Positions 1 through 11,890 of a stretch of 64,000 nucleotides of DNA are shown here, piece after piece (the stretch's first letter is position 1; each line of letters opens with the position of its first letter). This DNA comes from Neodothiora populina (Eukaryota). Location: NCBI RefSeq assembly GCF_041146345.1, contig NW_027191415.1, positions 1 through 64,000 of the forward strand, in the 5' to 3' direction. Under the pieces are notes generated by a model. The model saw only the letters and a program-made list of their open reading frames with translations. It was not told where the DNA came from and did no database searches. Both the position numbers and the translations under genes were made by a program.

Positions 1-1341
1 ATTTAAAGGAGAAACGTGGTAGTCCCTACTACACGGGACTTAGCGGCAGCATAAGGCGAGATATACTTTAAAGAACGGCCCGACACGAATACCACTACAG
101 CCGTGAATAGCACCTTTATAGCAAGACCGGTCCACTTAGTGCGTTGCAGATATAAATAAAGTAAGGAGACAGCTACGTACAGCACAGAACTACGGGCCTA
201 TAATTGTGTATAACGACGCTTCCGTGCAGAATGAGGTAAGCGGGTGTGCAGTAGTAAGAAAGGTCGGTTCGTCCATATTACAAGTTGTAAACAAGGCGAC
301 TATCGGATGGGCTAAGACATGCTCGGTCCTATCTGCGGAGCTATAAGCGATAAAGATAGCGTTAGATCATATCCTCACCTTGCACGGTCCGAACTGTAAG
401 CATGTAATTGCTACAGACAGCTAAGAGGCACTTTAAGCTATAGTGAAGAGCAACAGTACTAAGCGAGGCAGAGAAGCACTTTAAGGCACCCTTTAAACGC
501 TTCGAGACGCTGAATAGAGTGGACTTAACGTGACCTTTGTCTAAGTACTAGCACATATAGGAAATGTAGGAAACGAATGTGCTTACTAAGCTGCTTAGAC
601 TACTACAGAGACAGGCACGAAACTATTTAGGAACTTTAACGTCCGAATTAAGGAGAGCGGGGTAGTTTAAACACTCCTCGTTAAGGACCTTACAGAACAA
701 AGGCGTTTAGAAGCCTAGACACTAAGAACGAACAGATGGGGTTAATACACATGGAGGCTAGATGCAGCTCTCCTAAGCAAGCACACGCTTAAGCTCTACG
801 GAGCGCTGAACTCTAAGTAAGCGGGTATTCTCGTACAAGTAAGAACGAACTATACTCATCTCCGATCCCATTTAGCAAAGATCGAAGTCGAGGAAAGTAG
901 TAAATGCGAATGCAGGCAGGAAGACGAGACAGTAGCTCACGTGCTTCTTTAATGCTAGCGCTAAACAAGCATACGAGCAGAACTTAAGCAGATAGCAGGG
1001 AACAGATAGGGTGACTTGTCCTTTCTACTAGGAGGGTATAGTAAGAAATGAGAAATGCACATAGATCAGCTAGTAGATGGCCCGCTCGAGTAGTGGAGAC
1101 CGAATTTGAAAATAGTGAAAGCGACGGTCCGGTTTCTTTAACAGATAACCAGGATGGCAGCTATCCCTCTACAGCAACAGGAGGGTGGCGATTAAGGAAC
1201 AAGGGGCGTTAGGGTTCTTCTTTTATTATCCGTGAGGCTAAGCAACAGACAAGAAAACGAGGGAACGACATTGGACAGCTCATACGGACGATAAGACCGT
1301 GAATAGCTTAATAGACTAATCAATCAATCAATCAATCAATC
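1..1341 (+). mobile_element. 3' part of a RIP-degraded non-LTR retrotransposon (LINE, Tad1/I-like with RNase H); runs off the left edge
   Basis: Stop-riddled + strand translation retains RNase H motifs (YNDAS ~209, SAEL*AI ~335, TDS*EAL*AI ~413, HIGNVGNECA ~553) and a C-terminal CxCx7Hx4C knuckle (CECRQEDETVAHVLL*C ~905-955). It ends in a (CAAT)n tail at ~1318-1341. The stops are the TAA/TAG expected from C>T/G>A RIP. Confidence 0.88.
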
Positions 1342-1351
1342 GATTTTGGAT

Positions 1352-1937
1352 AGGCTAGATGCAGCTCTCTTAAGCAAGCACACGCTTAAGCTTTACAGAG
1401 CGCTAAACTCCGAGCAAGCGGGTATTCTCGTATAAGCAAGAACGAATTATACTCATCTCCGATCCCATTTAGCAAAGATCGGAGTCGAGGAAAGTAGTAA
1501 ATGCAAATGCAGGCAGGAAGACGAGATAGTAGCTTACGTGCTTCTCCGGTGCTAACGTTAAACAAGCATACAAGCAGAACTTAAACAGATAGCAGGGAAC
1601 AGATAAGGTGACTTGTCCTTTCTACTAGGAGGGTATAGTAAGAAAAGAGAAATGCACACAGATTAGCTAGTAGATGGCCCGCTCGAGTAGTGGAGACCGA
1701 ATTTGAAAATGGTGAAAGCGACGGTCCGGTTTCTTTAACAGACAACTAGGATGGCAGCTATCCCTTTACAGCAACAGGAGGGTGGCGATTAAGGAATAAG
1801 GGGCGTTAGTGTTCTTCTTTTATTATCCGTGAGGCTAAGCAACAGACAAGAAAACGAGGGAACGACATTGGACAGCTCATACGGACGATAAGACCGTGAA
1901 TAGCTTGATAGACTAATCAATCAATCAATCAATCAAT
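1352..1937 (+). mobile_element. Second, 5'-truncated copy of the same LINE 3' end with (CAAT)n tail
   Basis: Near-identical direct repeat of 755-1341 (both start AGGCTAGATGCAGCTCTC and end GACTAATCAATCAATC). Differences are almost all transitions. Confidence 0.9.
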
Positions 1938-3065
1938 ACTGGGTAGTGGGACAGAGCGTTCGTAGAGAGCTTGAATCATAGCCGAGTCTCTCAAGCACAC
2001 CGGGGCGAAAACCATCAATCAAGATATCGGCATCTATGATGAGTCGCTCAAAGTCCTTCTTTCCCTTGCTGGTTTTGAGATCGATAAAAGCATCTCTCTT
2101 TCCGGTGCTCATGTCTACCATGAGAATGTCGATTTCGGGATTCTCTGCGTGCGAAACCTTCAGCACATCGGCGCCTAATGCGGCGAGAAGCTTAGATACA
2201 GCCGGCGCAGCGATGACACGAGAGAAATCGATGACCCGTATCCCGGCAAGTGGCCTCTCATAGTCATTCGAGTCTGGCCAAGGCATCATAGGGGCTGAGA
2301 TCTGCTTCATAGTGTAGAGAGGTTCTTCACCCATGATCCTGCCCTATAGGGTATCGATTAGTAGGGTCCAGGGTCGTTCCGTTGACACTGTGACATACAT
2401 GATGTGATTTTAAGGACTCTTCGGGCGTGTTGCACAGCACGCCTGCTTGCTCTAAGGACGTCGTTCGCATTATGATCGAGGTCCTTCGAATTCCAAGAAC
2501 CACATTTCTCTGCGAACAAGGCCCAGGCTTCGTCATTTGACACATCTTGCTCTGCGACACCCACCATCTGCATGGTCTTTGTAGCGTTCATGAAACCATG
2601 GAGATGAAACCATCCGCCATCTTTGCAACGGTAGACGTTGGTACATTGACGATGAATTGGTTTGAACATGTCATACTTGTTGGCCTCAGAGAGCGCCTCT
2701 CTTATTCGTAGGTGCTGCACAAAAGGCTGACCATTGATGGTAGGTAGCAACGCTGACATGAGAAAGAGCGTAGCTTTGTCCCTGAGCTCCTGTCAATGAC
2801 AAAACTTTTCAATTTTATCGGCCAAGTGGAAAGCATCAACTTACGTATCAACAGCGACGCTATGATCGATACCATAGCGTTCTTTTGCAGTCACGGCGGC
2901 GAGTGCCCCGACTAAACCAGAGAGAGCTGAACATGACTCCGTTATCTTGCAAGGTGTTGGCACGAATGGCTTGCTATCGCCATGAAAGCATTGTCTCAGA
3001 CGGGGATCTGTGATTGTTTCGAGAAGGATTCGTTTTGCTTCTGTCTGAACATTGTACTCCGTCAT
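1938..3065 (-). pseudogene. CoA-transferase family III (CaiB/BaiF) pseudogene, frameshifted and cut at its 3' end by the LINE
   Basis: Motifs RPLAGIRVIDFSRVIAAP, LGADVLKV, DLKT, ADILIDGFRPGVLERLG; N-terminal PTPCKITES and TNVYRCKDGGWFHLHG. ATG at 3065, intron ~2844-2782. The reading frame is split over three frames between ~2330 and ~2470 and stops at the LINE tail. Confidence 0.85.
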
Positions 3066-3152
3066 ACTGGGAAATGCGTGCCATACTGTAAGACAGCGTG
3101 GCGCGGACAAGGGCGTGAACAAGATAAAAGCGTTCGATCCGGAGCAGTACGC

Positions 3153-3182
3153 ATATATATATATATATATATAAATATATAT
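3153..3182. repeat. (TA)n microsatellite
   Basis: Direct read: atatatatatatatatatataaatatatat. Confidence 0.9.
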
Positions 3183-5353
3183 CTGTAGTGGTTCGATCGC
3201 TATAGATCTTTGTCTAAGACCGGCAGCTCCGGCACAGGTTCGGAGATTTTCATACGTCCTACGTGAAAACCATTCTATTCTATACATAAGACCTCATGTC
3301 CTCAGGGTATGCTTCAGAACGGTGAATGATATCCTTGTGAAATGTTTTATAATTACCGAGGTCCACTTATCAAGTTCAGATGATCAGCACATCGAGCGCC
3401 GAGGTGACGGGGGTATTCCGCTGCTTGCTTCACATCTCGCGGCCGCCATTCAATCTGTGAATGTCATGAGGCAGCACGATCAATCGATCCTTAGCTTGTA
3501 TCAGTCTGATAGAATATCACAGGAAACGATAACCGTAAGTCAATTCAAGGCTTAGCGTCTGTAAAGATTGATTAATATTATTACCTACTCTAGGGGCAAC
3601 AACTTAGACGCAACCAAGAACCTCGTGACCGTGGTATACTCTAAAAGTGGCGCTTAGGGGCACATTTGTTCTCCGGAACGGGTCGACTACAGCGGAACAA
3701 CTTAATATAGCATGTTTTATGTGCATACGGGCCAATCTTCACCAGTCTTTGTATCTGTACCTGCATTAAAGAGGCGTCCCAGATCACCTCAAACCTACTC
3801 GTCTAGGTACAGTATGTAAACAAGGGTTGTGATATTGACGTTATCGAGTACTCAGTAGTTCTTAAGGACAGTGCCGAGGACTACTGTGACGATTCAGACA
3901 GGGTCGCCCCAGAGTCCGGGTCCTGGGTATATATTGAGGTGTGTTCAGTCACACCCATACTTCGTAGAGATATGTGGTTCTTTTAGGCCATTGTGGTCTA
4001 GGAGTACTGAACGTCCCCTAGAAGCCTCACAACTACCCGCGTTATGATTGCTAAGACGAGGTACACAGAGCAGACAGTATAGCTTTCGGCTATTACACTT
4101 CTTGACCTTAATCTACGCTAGGTGTGCCCAGATACTAGATCACTGCCTTCACACTTGTCGGGCTCGCCGAGATCTACGATAAGGTTCCCAAATATCGTAG
4201 TAAGATATTTACGAATACGATGCGGAGAACGATAGAAGTCATAGACTCAGCACTAGATTCAGCAGCTAACAAGCGTGGCTTACATTAAAGGACAGCAGTC
4301 GGACAATCGCTGTGTGCTGAATGCTCAGGTTCGGAGTTATGTGCTGAATTAACGCTTATCCACTTTTAGTAAGTTCTGCGCGGAGATCACGCTAGTAGTC
4401 CACCTTCGATAAGATCTTTGCCGGGCCGACAGTTTGGGACACGATGTAAAATATCTAAGCCGTTCATATCTCTTTCACCTCGTACTTATCCCTGTTGTAT
4501 CGCTGCAAAATGTAATCATACGACCCCTTTTCAGCATCCATTCACAACGTATGAATACGATGGATCCAGAATCAGCGAAGCAAAAATGCCAATTCTGAGT
4601 AGGGATGGAAATTGTCAAAGTGATAGCAGTCGTCACTGACCTCTCGTTGGGAGAATGGAATGGTCGAAGTCCATCATTCACGGTAGTACGCGCAATATCG
4701 AAGACCACAGATCACTAATCTCTCGGAGAGGGAGTCATGTATATTGATCAAGATCATTGGAGTACCTTTGACATGGTCGTTGATTGTGAGATTGTGGCTC
4801 GTAATGCTTTGAATTGATGCAGCGCACATCTTGATTCTCTACACACCACGTTCGAGAACACAAAACGGCCCATCCGTGAAATCTGCATCTTACATGTAAA
4901 GCTAGTTGTCTACCCGTCAACTGTCGCATTGCGTGGCTTATTGTGCAGAGTTCAACAAGAGTACACTGCTGGAGGCGCAGATCCTGTTCCCGAATCGCGA
5001 CTTGCTTCTGTGTCAACAATATTAATTACAGATGTCACAGCTTGTACAATACACATATATTTCATACTTTTGACTGTTAATCCGTTGCAACGAGAAAAAT
5101 GGTTTCTGATATCCTAATACGTTGTGCTCGAACGACCTCTTGCTATCTGGAGATAAGGTCCTTATTCCAAGCTCTTCCTCTTTGATGGATGTCAATTATA
5201 AAAAGGTTATCAAAGCCTCCATTGTTGTCGAAGAACCAACAGCGACACAAGACTGGCACAGGACAGTATTCATACAATCAGTCTTCGTTCAGGAGGCTTC
5301 ATTCCTCATTACATTCGTTTGATATAAACACTAATTATAATCCTTTCGAAGTC

Positions 5354-6862
5354 ATGATCCATTCACTAGCTCTCTTAGCCCTCTTGGGTCCTTCTTTGAT
5401 ATCCGGAGCCATAATTCCTCGTTCTACCAGCACCATTACCCAGACTTCTTGGTCCACTGTGACCACCTGCGCCAATACCGTCGCAGTCTGCGAGCCGGGA
5501 TGTTCAGCCCCTGCTTATGTGTTCCCTCCTGGATCGTCGGGCGCTACGTCCAACAACCTTAGTGGTAACAATTCCGATGCTGGTAATTCCTACTACATCG
5601 CCACAACTACGTTGAGAGTCGGTGAGACTATTACCATCTCAGGCACACCTACTGTTCTGAAAGCAGATATCGCTGTTTTCACGACTGCTACCACTCCAAT
5701 GAATTCTGCCAGCGACTCTGGCGACAGTTTTCGTGCAACTGGGAACACTACATCTGCAGTGATCACATCTTTGGTCTATCCTGCTTCTATGACTTGCGAC
5801 GTTGGTGATGTTGTGACCATCACAGGCGCTGTCACCACTATTACTGCTGCTACTGTTATTACTGATTGCCCTTGCACGAAAAAGACCACTGTGGCGGCTG
5901 CACCCACATCATCATTCTTATTTCTCTCGACTTTTGCCCCTGGTCAAGCCAGCACAGCTGGAGGCCAGACTGCGGCGTTGTCTTCCTCGAGCGTGATCAG
6001 TATTTCCAGGACTATCCCGGTCTCAAGCGTTGGCTCAATCCCTGATGGAACAGCCTCTAGCACCGCACAAGTAAATCCACCAGTATCTAACACCTCAGCT
6101 GTCAATGGTGTGAGCTTCAGCACTGCAACTATATCTACCTCGGTGTCTTCATCGACTACTGCGCCGGCTCCGGGATCATCTTCAGTGACGGTTAACGATG
6201 TCAGCTTCTTGGTCCAGCAAAACACAATTTACGATGGCACTGTTCTTTCCCTTCCTCAGAAGCATCAGACAAGTGGATCGATAGATGCCTGCCTCAGCGT
6301 TTGCGCAAGCAATACAAATTGCGTAGCTACTTCCTTCAGCAGTAGCATTACTGTGTGTTCCTTTTTCAGTGCCATCATCGATTCAAGTCACCGTACAGAA
6401 ATCGGAGTCACCTTCGCCATCGCCAGTAATCGCATTGCGGTCTCATCCTCTGCGGCTTCATCGACTGCGGCTTCAAGCTCATCCGTCCCCACCTCGACCT
6501 TCGATGTTTCCTCCACGATGATCTCGTTCACTACGATGTCGAACGCGACTTCGACCTCATTCAGTGTGGCGAGGTCAGCCATGTCATCCTCGGGCATGAA
6601 CCCGTCCAACTTGACTATGACAACGTCTGGCACCATTTCGTCCGACATGACGTCGGCAGGCGTGATCTCATCGACAGTCACATCAGGTGCTGTAGGAACT
6701 TCTTCAAGTGCGGTATCATCTGCTATCGAGACCTCTTCAGGTGTGACGTCGTCTGCTATCGAAACTTCTGCAGGTGCAACATCATCTGCAGTCATCACGT
6801 CAGTCGCTACTGCGAGCAGTTCTACCGCTACGGTATTGTCCTCTACTATCCTCGCCACTTAA
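5354..6862 (+). CDS. Secreted Ser/Thr-rich cell-surface protein with a PAN/apple-like Cys domain; probably truncated by a frameshift
   Basis: Signal-peptide-like start MIHSLALLALLGPSLISG; TITAATVITDCPCT cell-wall motif; SIDACLSVCASNTNCVATSF..CSFF apple-like motif; long S/T stalk. Mucin-like repeats continue past the stop in another frame. Confidence 0.7.
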   Translation: MIHSLALLALLGPSLISGAIIPRSTSTITQTSWSTVTTCANTVAVCEPGCSAPAYVFPPGSSGATSNNLSGNNSDAGNSYYIATTTLRVGETITISGTPTVLKADIAVFTTATTPMNSASDSGDSFRATGNTTSAVITSLVYPASMTCDVGDVVTITGAVTTITAATVITDCPCTKKTTVAAAPTSSFLFLSTFAPGQASTAGGQTAALSSSSVISISRTIPVSSVGSIPDGTASSTAQVNPPVSNTSAVNGVSFSTATISTSVSSSTTAPAPGSSSVTVNDVSFLVQQNTIYDGTVLSLPQKHQTSGSIDACLSVCASNTNCVATSFSSSITVCSFFSAIIDSSHRTEIGVTFAIASNRIAVSSSAASSTAASSSSVPTSTFDVSSTMISFTTMSNATSTSFSVARSAMSSSGMNPSNLTMTTSGTISSDMTSAGVISSTVTSGAVGTSSSAVSSAIETSSGVTSSAIETSAGATSSAVITSVATASSSTATVLSSTILAT

Positions 6863-6977
6863 CTGCTCCTGTCCCATCGCCTACCGCTAGCGACAACTCT
6901 ACAGTTCCTGTACTTCCCCCTACGACTAGCGGCAACTTAACTGCTCCTGTCCCATCGCCTACCGCTAGCGACAACTC
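6857..6977 (+). repeat. 78-bp-period repeat (43-bp identical core) encoding LTAPVPSPTASDNS
   Basis: ACTTAACTGCTCCTGTCCCATCGCCTACCGCTAGCGACAACTC occurs at 6857 and 6935. Confidence 0.9.
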
Positions 6978-7952
6978 CACTATGCCAGTGCCTTTTCCGG
7001 AGACAACCAGCAACTCCACTGTCCCCGTGACTTCTCCAGAGGTGGCTTCAAATAAGCTGTTGACCTTGACTCCAAGGCATCGTGATTCCGGATTATCTAT
7101 AGCTCATCACCTTTGTCCTCCCTGGATTAACTCACGGTATCGTTCGACAATTAGACCATATATGAACAGTATTATCTGTGTCTTTGTTCTATGTCAATGG
7201 GTCGAGACAGATAGTAATATCCTGAATACGAACAGTTTCCTTACTTTCTGCCCAAATTGTGATATACAAATCTTCCATCCACACTAGTTCCGGCAGCTAT
7301 GAACCGTGATACTTATCCATCTCTTATGTCGTATTTGTCAAGTATCTCTTCTAAGATCGTAACATAGTAGATCATCACAATCTGGCCTGCTCAATTTCAG
7401 ATCGCATATAGCCATCCCCCACTGCCGGTCAAGAAACGACTTGGAGCGAGCGCAGAGTGTTCTCATGCTGTCTCATCGAGCTGTCGTACACTACAGCAAG
7501 TAGACTGATCGTTTAAAGGTGCAGTCAAGAGCGAATTTGTGAAATTCGGAGACTGTTGGTAAGCTGGCCGATTATTGAAACCCGACTGCACGTTAACCTA
7601 CTGTATGTTTTCGTAAGCAAGTTGTCGCTGTACTGCACACTGCGTATCGTGGCCTGCGTGCTAGAGCGATACATGTATCAAAGTCTGTGCGTTTTACTAC
7701 TTATCAATTGACGCCTTTCCGTATGCTTGGTGACTACCGGTCAATTGTACGGCCTTCCATGTGCTGAGTGATCCCCTGTTGACTGTATTGCATGATGTTT
7801 GTGACTGGACATCCGGGTTGGTATAAAGTACTTGTTGGGTACCAGGACTTGAGTGGATACTATTTCCTGTGACACTTTGATCGTCTTGTGCTTCTCGTTC
7901 ATCAGCTTCACATCATACCAAAATCTATACGTTGCCTGTCAAAAAGACTGTG

Positions 7953-9273
7953 ATGAGACAACCTAAGAAAAACGTGTCGTCTCTGAGGCCTGGACTACAT
8001 GAGTCCCCTGAAATCGATAGTCAGCCGCCAGATGGTGGGTCAAGAGCATGGGTCCAAGTGCTGGGCTCATTCTTCCTCTTCTTCAACACTTGGTGCATAA
8101 TTCTTCCCACGCTTAGCAACGCACGCGATGGCTGGCTCAAGAGAGTTCAGGGGCCTGGTGAACTCCTTCGGCGTTTACCAAAGCTTTTACGAGAGAGACC
8201 TCTTGAAGACGGAATCTGCGTCCAAGATTGCTTGGATTGGCTCTACCCAAGCCTTCCTGCTTCTCATCATTGAAGTCGCGACGGGCCCGATGTTCGATGC
8301 CAGTTTCTTCAACCTTCTTCTGTCGGTTGGATCCTTTTTCGTTGTCTTCGGCTCCCTCATGACTAGCCTCTGCAATAAGTATTGGCAAGTGATGCTAGCC
8401 CAGAGTGTCACTGTAGGCCTCGGCAGTGGTTGCCTCTTTATTCCAAGTGTCGCTATCATGTTCACATAGTTCACCACGAAAAAGCCTTTCGCAACAGGGA
8501 TTGCTGCCAGCGGTAGCAGCGCCGGAGGGATTATCTATCCCATCATGTTTTCGAAGCTTAAGCCCTACATCGGCTTTCCTTGGACAACCCGGATCATTGC
8601 CTCCATGATACCAGGTATGCTGCTTATGAGCAACGCGGCGATGCGTGTTCGAGTTTTACCCACAGTCAAACCAAAGATATTCGAAGTGGAAGCATTCAAA
8701 GACCTTGCTTTTACTAGCTTCAGCCTTTCCTTGCTCATTGGATTCATGGGCCTTTATGTTCCTTTCTTCTACATCCAGACCTATGCAACGGAGAAACATA
8801 TCACGAACCCGGGATTGGCGTTCTACATGCTGCCCATACTCAATGCCGCTTCTACCTTCGGCAGAGTTATTCCCAATTTCTTTGCGGATAAGACTGGACC
8901 TTTGAATATTCTTGTACCTTGTGCAGCCATATCTGCTATCTTGGCTTACTCTTGGACAGCCGTAAACAGCACGGCTGGTGTTATTCTATTCTGTAAAATT
9001 TTACGGCTTCTTCTCCGGGACATTTGTTTCGCCTCCCCCAACTACAGTCGTCAGTCTTTCTCCTAGTATTAGCCTGGTCGGTACAAGGATGGGAATGAGC
9101 TTCGCGTTGCAGATTGTGGCCTTCTTATCGGTGCACCAGTGGCGGGAATCATCTTGAACAATCATGGCTGGATGAGTCTACAAGTCTTCTGTGGGACATC
9201 TATCGTGGTCGCCACGATCCTTTGCTCGATATCCCGTATCGCCAAGTCCACTGCTTTCTTCGCGCAAGTTTAG
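7953..9273 (+). pseudogene. MFS monocarboxylate-transporter-like (MCH family) pseudogene
   Basis: PPDGGSRAWVQVLGSFFLFFNTW / GLVNSFGVYQ, intron ~8093-8150. In-frame TAG at 8467-8469 (FT*FTTKK), and frameshifts near 8996 and 9112 separate the remaining TM segments (YGFFSG; GLLIGAPVAG). Confidence 0.88.
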
Positions 9274-9559
9274 ATGTAGCTTTAGCTGGTATCCAATTGT
9301 ATGTAGCTACTGTGGAATACTGTTTTAAGGTGACGGTCTCCTTGCGGGATAACCCGAGACAGGATCATGTGCTAGTTTCTCGGCTGGTAGGGCCTTATCT
9401 CAGATTGTCCAACTTCTTGCCAAAAGCAAATTCAATTTCTGTCTCGCTTTTTGCTCCAATCTTCTCTAATGTTATCTGCGGCGCGTTCGGCAGAAGCATA
9501 CACCATAGCGAGGATATTTCCGACGGGAATGATTTAAAAAAATGCTAGTATCGACGACT

Positions 9560-10285
9560 GTTAGGTTACGAGTACCAACATCATCGTCATGATAGGCTGC
9601 AGCTGAACATGTGCGAGTCTGAGAATTGGAAATATGGTTACAGGATTTGTAAAGGCTCCGAGCTTCTTCCCATGAATGGAATCGCCGGGAGCATCAAATC
9701 AAAGCGTTGCGAATGATTCGATCCACGCCTGGTGGGTCTTACCATATGATTCAAGGTGAGAGACGGGCACTGGACCGTCGCTTCTCTCGACGCTCTTATG
9801 GATACAGTGATGCAGCTGCATCTTGTCTGGTGAGGGTAAATAGAATCTCTGGAATCTTCGAAAGTAGGGCTCGAGGTCATTACTACCCCATCCGCAGTTG
9901 TCTAGCTTGGTTCAGGCGTCCAGATCCCCAGAACTGGGATATAGGATCGCGCAGAAGTTCATATCGGACGAGCCGCCCAGCATCTTACCTCGCGGGCATG
10001 AGATCTATTTTCCTCGTAAAGCGTCCTAGCCCTTCGGTCAACTGATGGAGTCATACTGAAATCATCGCTGCTCACTTGTGGAGCAGTCATGAAGCACCAG
10101 TCATACTGCTCTTTGCCATATAATTGGGTCATCGAACCTGGCACATCGACAAAAGGATCGTCTTTGTGGTAGGCTCCAGCTTCCACGACAAGGACATTGA
10201 CCTTAGAGTCTTCGCTCAAACAGGAAGCAAGCACCATTCCAGCGGTACCTCTCCCTACTACGATGATCAGGAGTCCTTGATCCAT
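9560..10285 (-). pseudogene. GMC oxidoreductase N-terminal fragment (pseudogene)
   Basis: IIVVGRGTAGMVLASCLSED..VLVVEAG (GGGTAG dinucleotide motif altered to GRGTAG), YDWCF.T.PQ, then GKMLGGSS..N after an intron and a frameshift. Similarity fades within ~700 bp, so the 3' boundary is approximate. Confidence 0.8.
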
Positions 10286-11199
10286 GCTGGTCAAACTCGG
10301 TTGGGTTGTGCATGATTCGGAAGGACTACACTTTAGCGCGACTCTGAAGACAGGTGGGAACGCAGTAATGTTCTGGATATTAAGCTTGCCAGATCAGCAA
10401 GTAAAAGAGCAGCAAGTTACAAGTCGCGATCGGCTGCCTTTTTGTCGATAGCGCTGCTCAAGAAAAGTATTGATTGTCGGCATTTCAAATATATTGCTTG
10501 ACTACGACGTCGCCTGACCGGAGTAAACTGTATAGGCGCTGCTTTATATGAAGTGGTACCCAGTAATCAGAAGCTTGACTTCTTCCGGGCTTTCACACGG
10601 CCTCCTCGTATGCAGTCTCGAGGCAGTTCGAAACACAACCTGATGCAAGGAGATGGCTTCTCTTGCTTGAGAGCAGTGAGCTGGTGGAACAGGTTTCGAC
10701 TACGCCTTAAGCAGACGTGTCAATGAGATGGAAGCCGAGCGCCCGATATGCCATGTTTTTGAGACCAAACGATATTGATATGGTAAGGTTGATGCAGTCT
10801 GCGCAGCCACCCAAGGGTCTTCTGTCAACCCCACTTTGGAAGCTAAATGAGGGTACTTTAATTGATACTTGTACAGGTACTTGTAGCTTGCGTGGAGGAA
10901 TAGTTGTGCACTTTTCTTAAACAAAACAGATTGACAGTCGTCGATACTGTTCCGAAAAGCTACCACAAGCACAGATATCTGCGCCATGACTGCTGCCACC
11001 CACTCCTTACTTGTTGGGATCGAGTTGACTACAAGTTGCAAGAATGCGAATTTGGTTTTATTGGAAATGCTGACATACCCAGGTAGGCCATCGCTATATA
11101 TACTACCCCATCGACTCCTCATGCAAATGTCTATGATCTGGAAGTCGAGAACTTTCGACACGCCACTACCACCTCGAGGCTGTTAAACACGGTCATCGG

Positions 11200-11890
11200 G
11201 TATCCACTGGCGGCAATTCATGAAAACCTCGTTGTTGTAGTTGTAAACACTATCTTGGTTGCTCTGGCCACCCTGTCAATCGGGCTCCGAATATGGTCGA
11301 GACATCTTTCCAGAGCAGGATTGGGGACCGATGACTATCTAGCTGCCCTTTCTATGGTATGCATCATTCCTTGGCAGTCAGTTGAAGACGTCTAAAAATG
11401 GTAATTTATTCTATATGCCATTTATGCCATCTTCCTCCCCAATGTAGTTTTTGGTATACGACGAGATGTGACCGACATTCCACCTGAAAATCTCACCATA
11501 ATCCTCAAGGTAAGAAACCATCCATCAACTTGTTCTCCGTCATATGCTAATCGACTGTACAAGATGCTGATTGCTTACCAAATATTGTACGGTAGTGCGA
11601 TGGTAGCAGTGAAACTGTCTTACTTGAAATTCTTCTGCCGGATTTTCAAGATTCGCGCCCGATTCACTATGTGGGCTTACTCTCTCATGGCCGTCGTCGG
11701 TTGTTGGTGGGTTGCCAACATACTACAGATCTTTCTGATCTGTCAGCCCTTGCGATTGAACTGGGACCCAACGATTTCCGGTCATTGCGGGAATAGACCA
11801 TTGGGATATGTTCTTATTGCGACCTTCAACATAATCACGGACGTTGGCATTCTGCTCCTTCCCATGCCCTACATAAGAAGCATTAGACAG
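11200..11890 (+). pseudogene. PTH11-like integral membrane protein (fungal rhodopsin-like domain), truncated
   Basis: VVNTILVALATLSIGLRIWSR...LGTDDYL; VKLSYLKFFCRIF; CQPLRLNWDPTISGHC; NIITDVGILLLPMPYI. The last two TM helices expected after LP.P.I are absent and there is no clean start. Confidence 0.75.

Noticed and set aside
10560..11200. 153-aa - strand ORF and protein-like + strand fragments (AGGTGFDYALSRRV; ANVYDLEVENFRHA)
   Set aside because: Possibly another decayed gene, but I cannot recognise a family or build a gene model.
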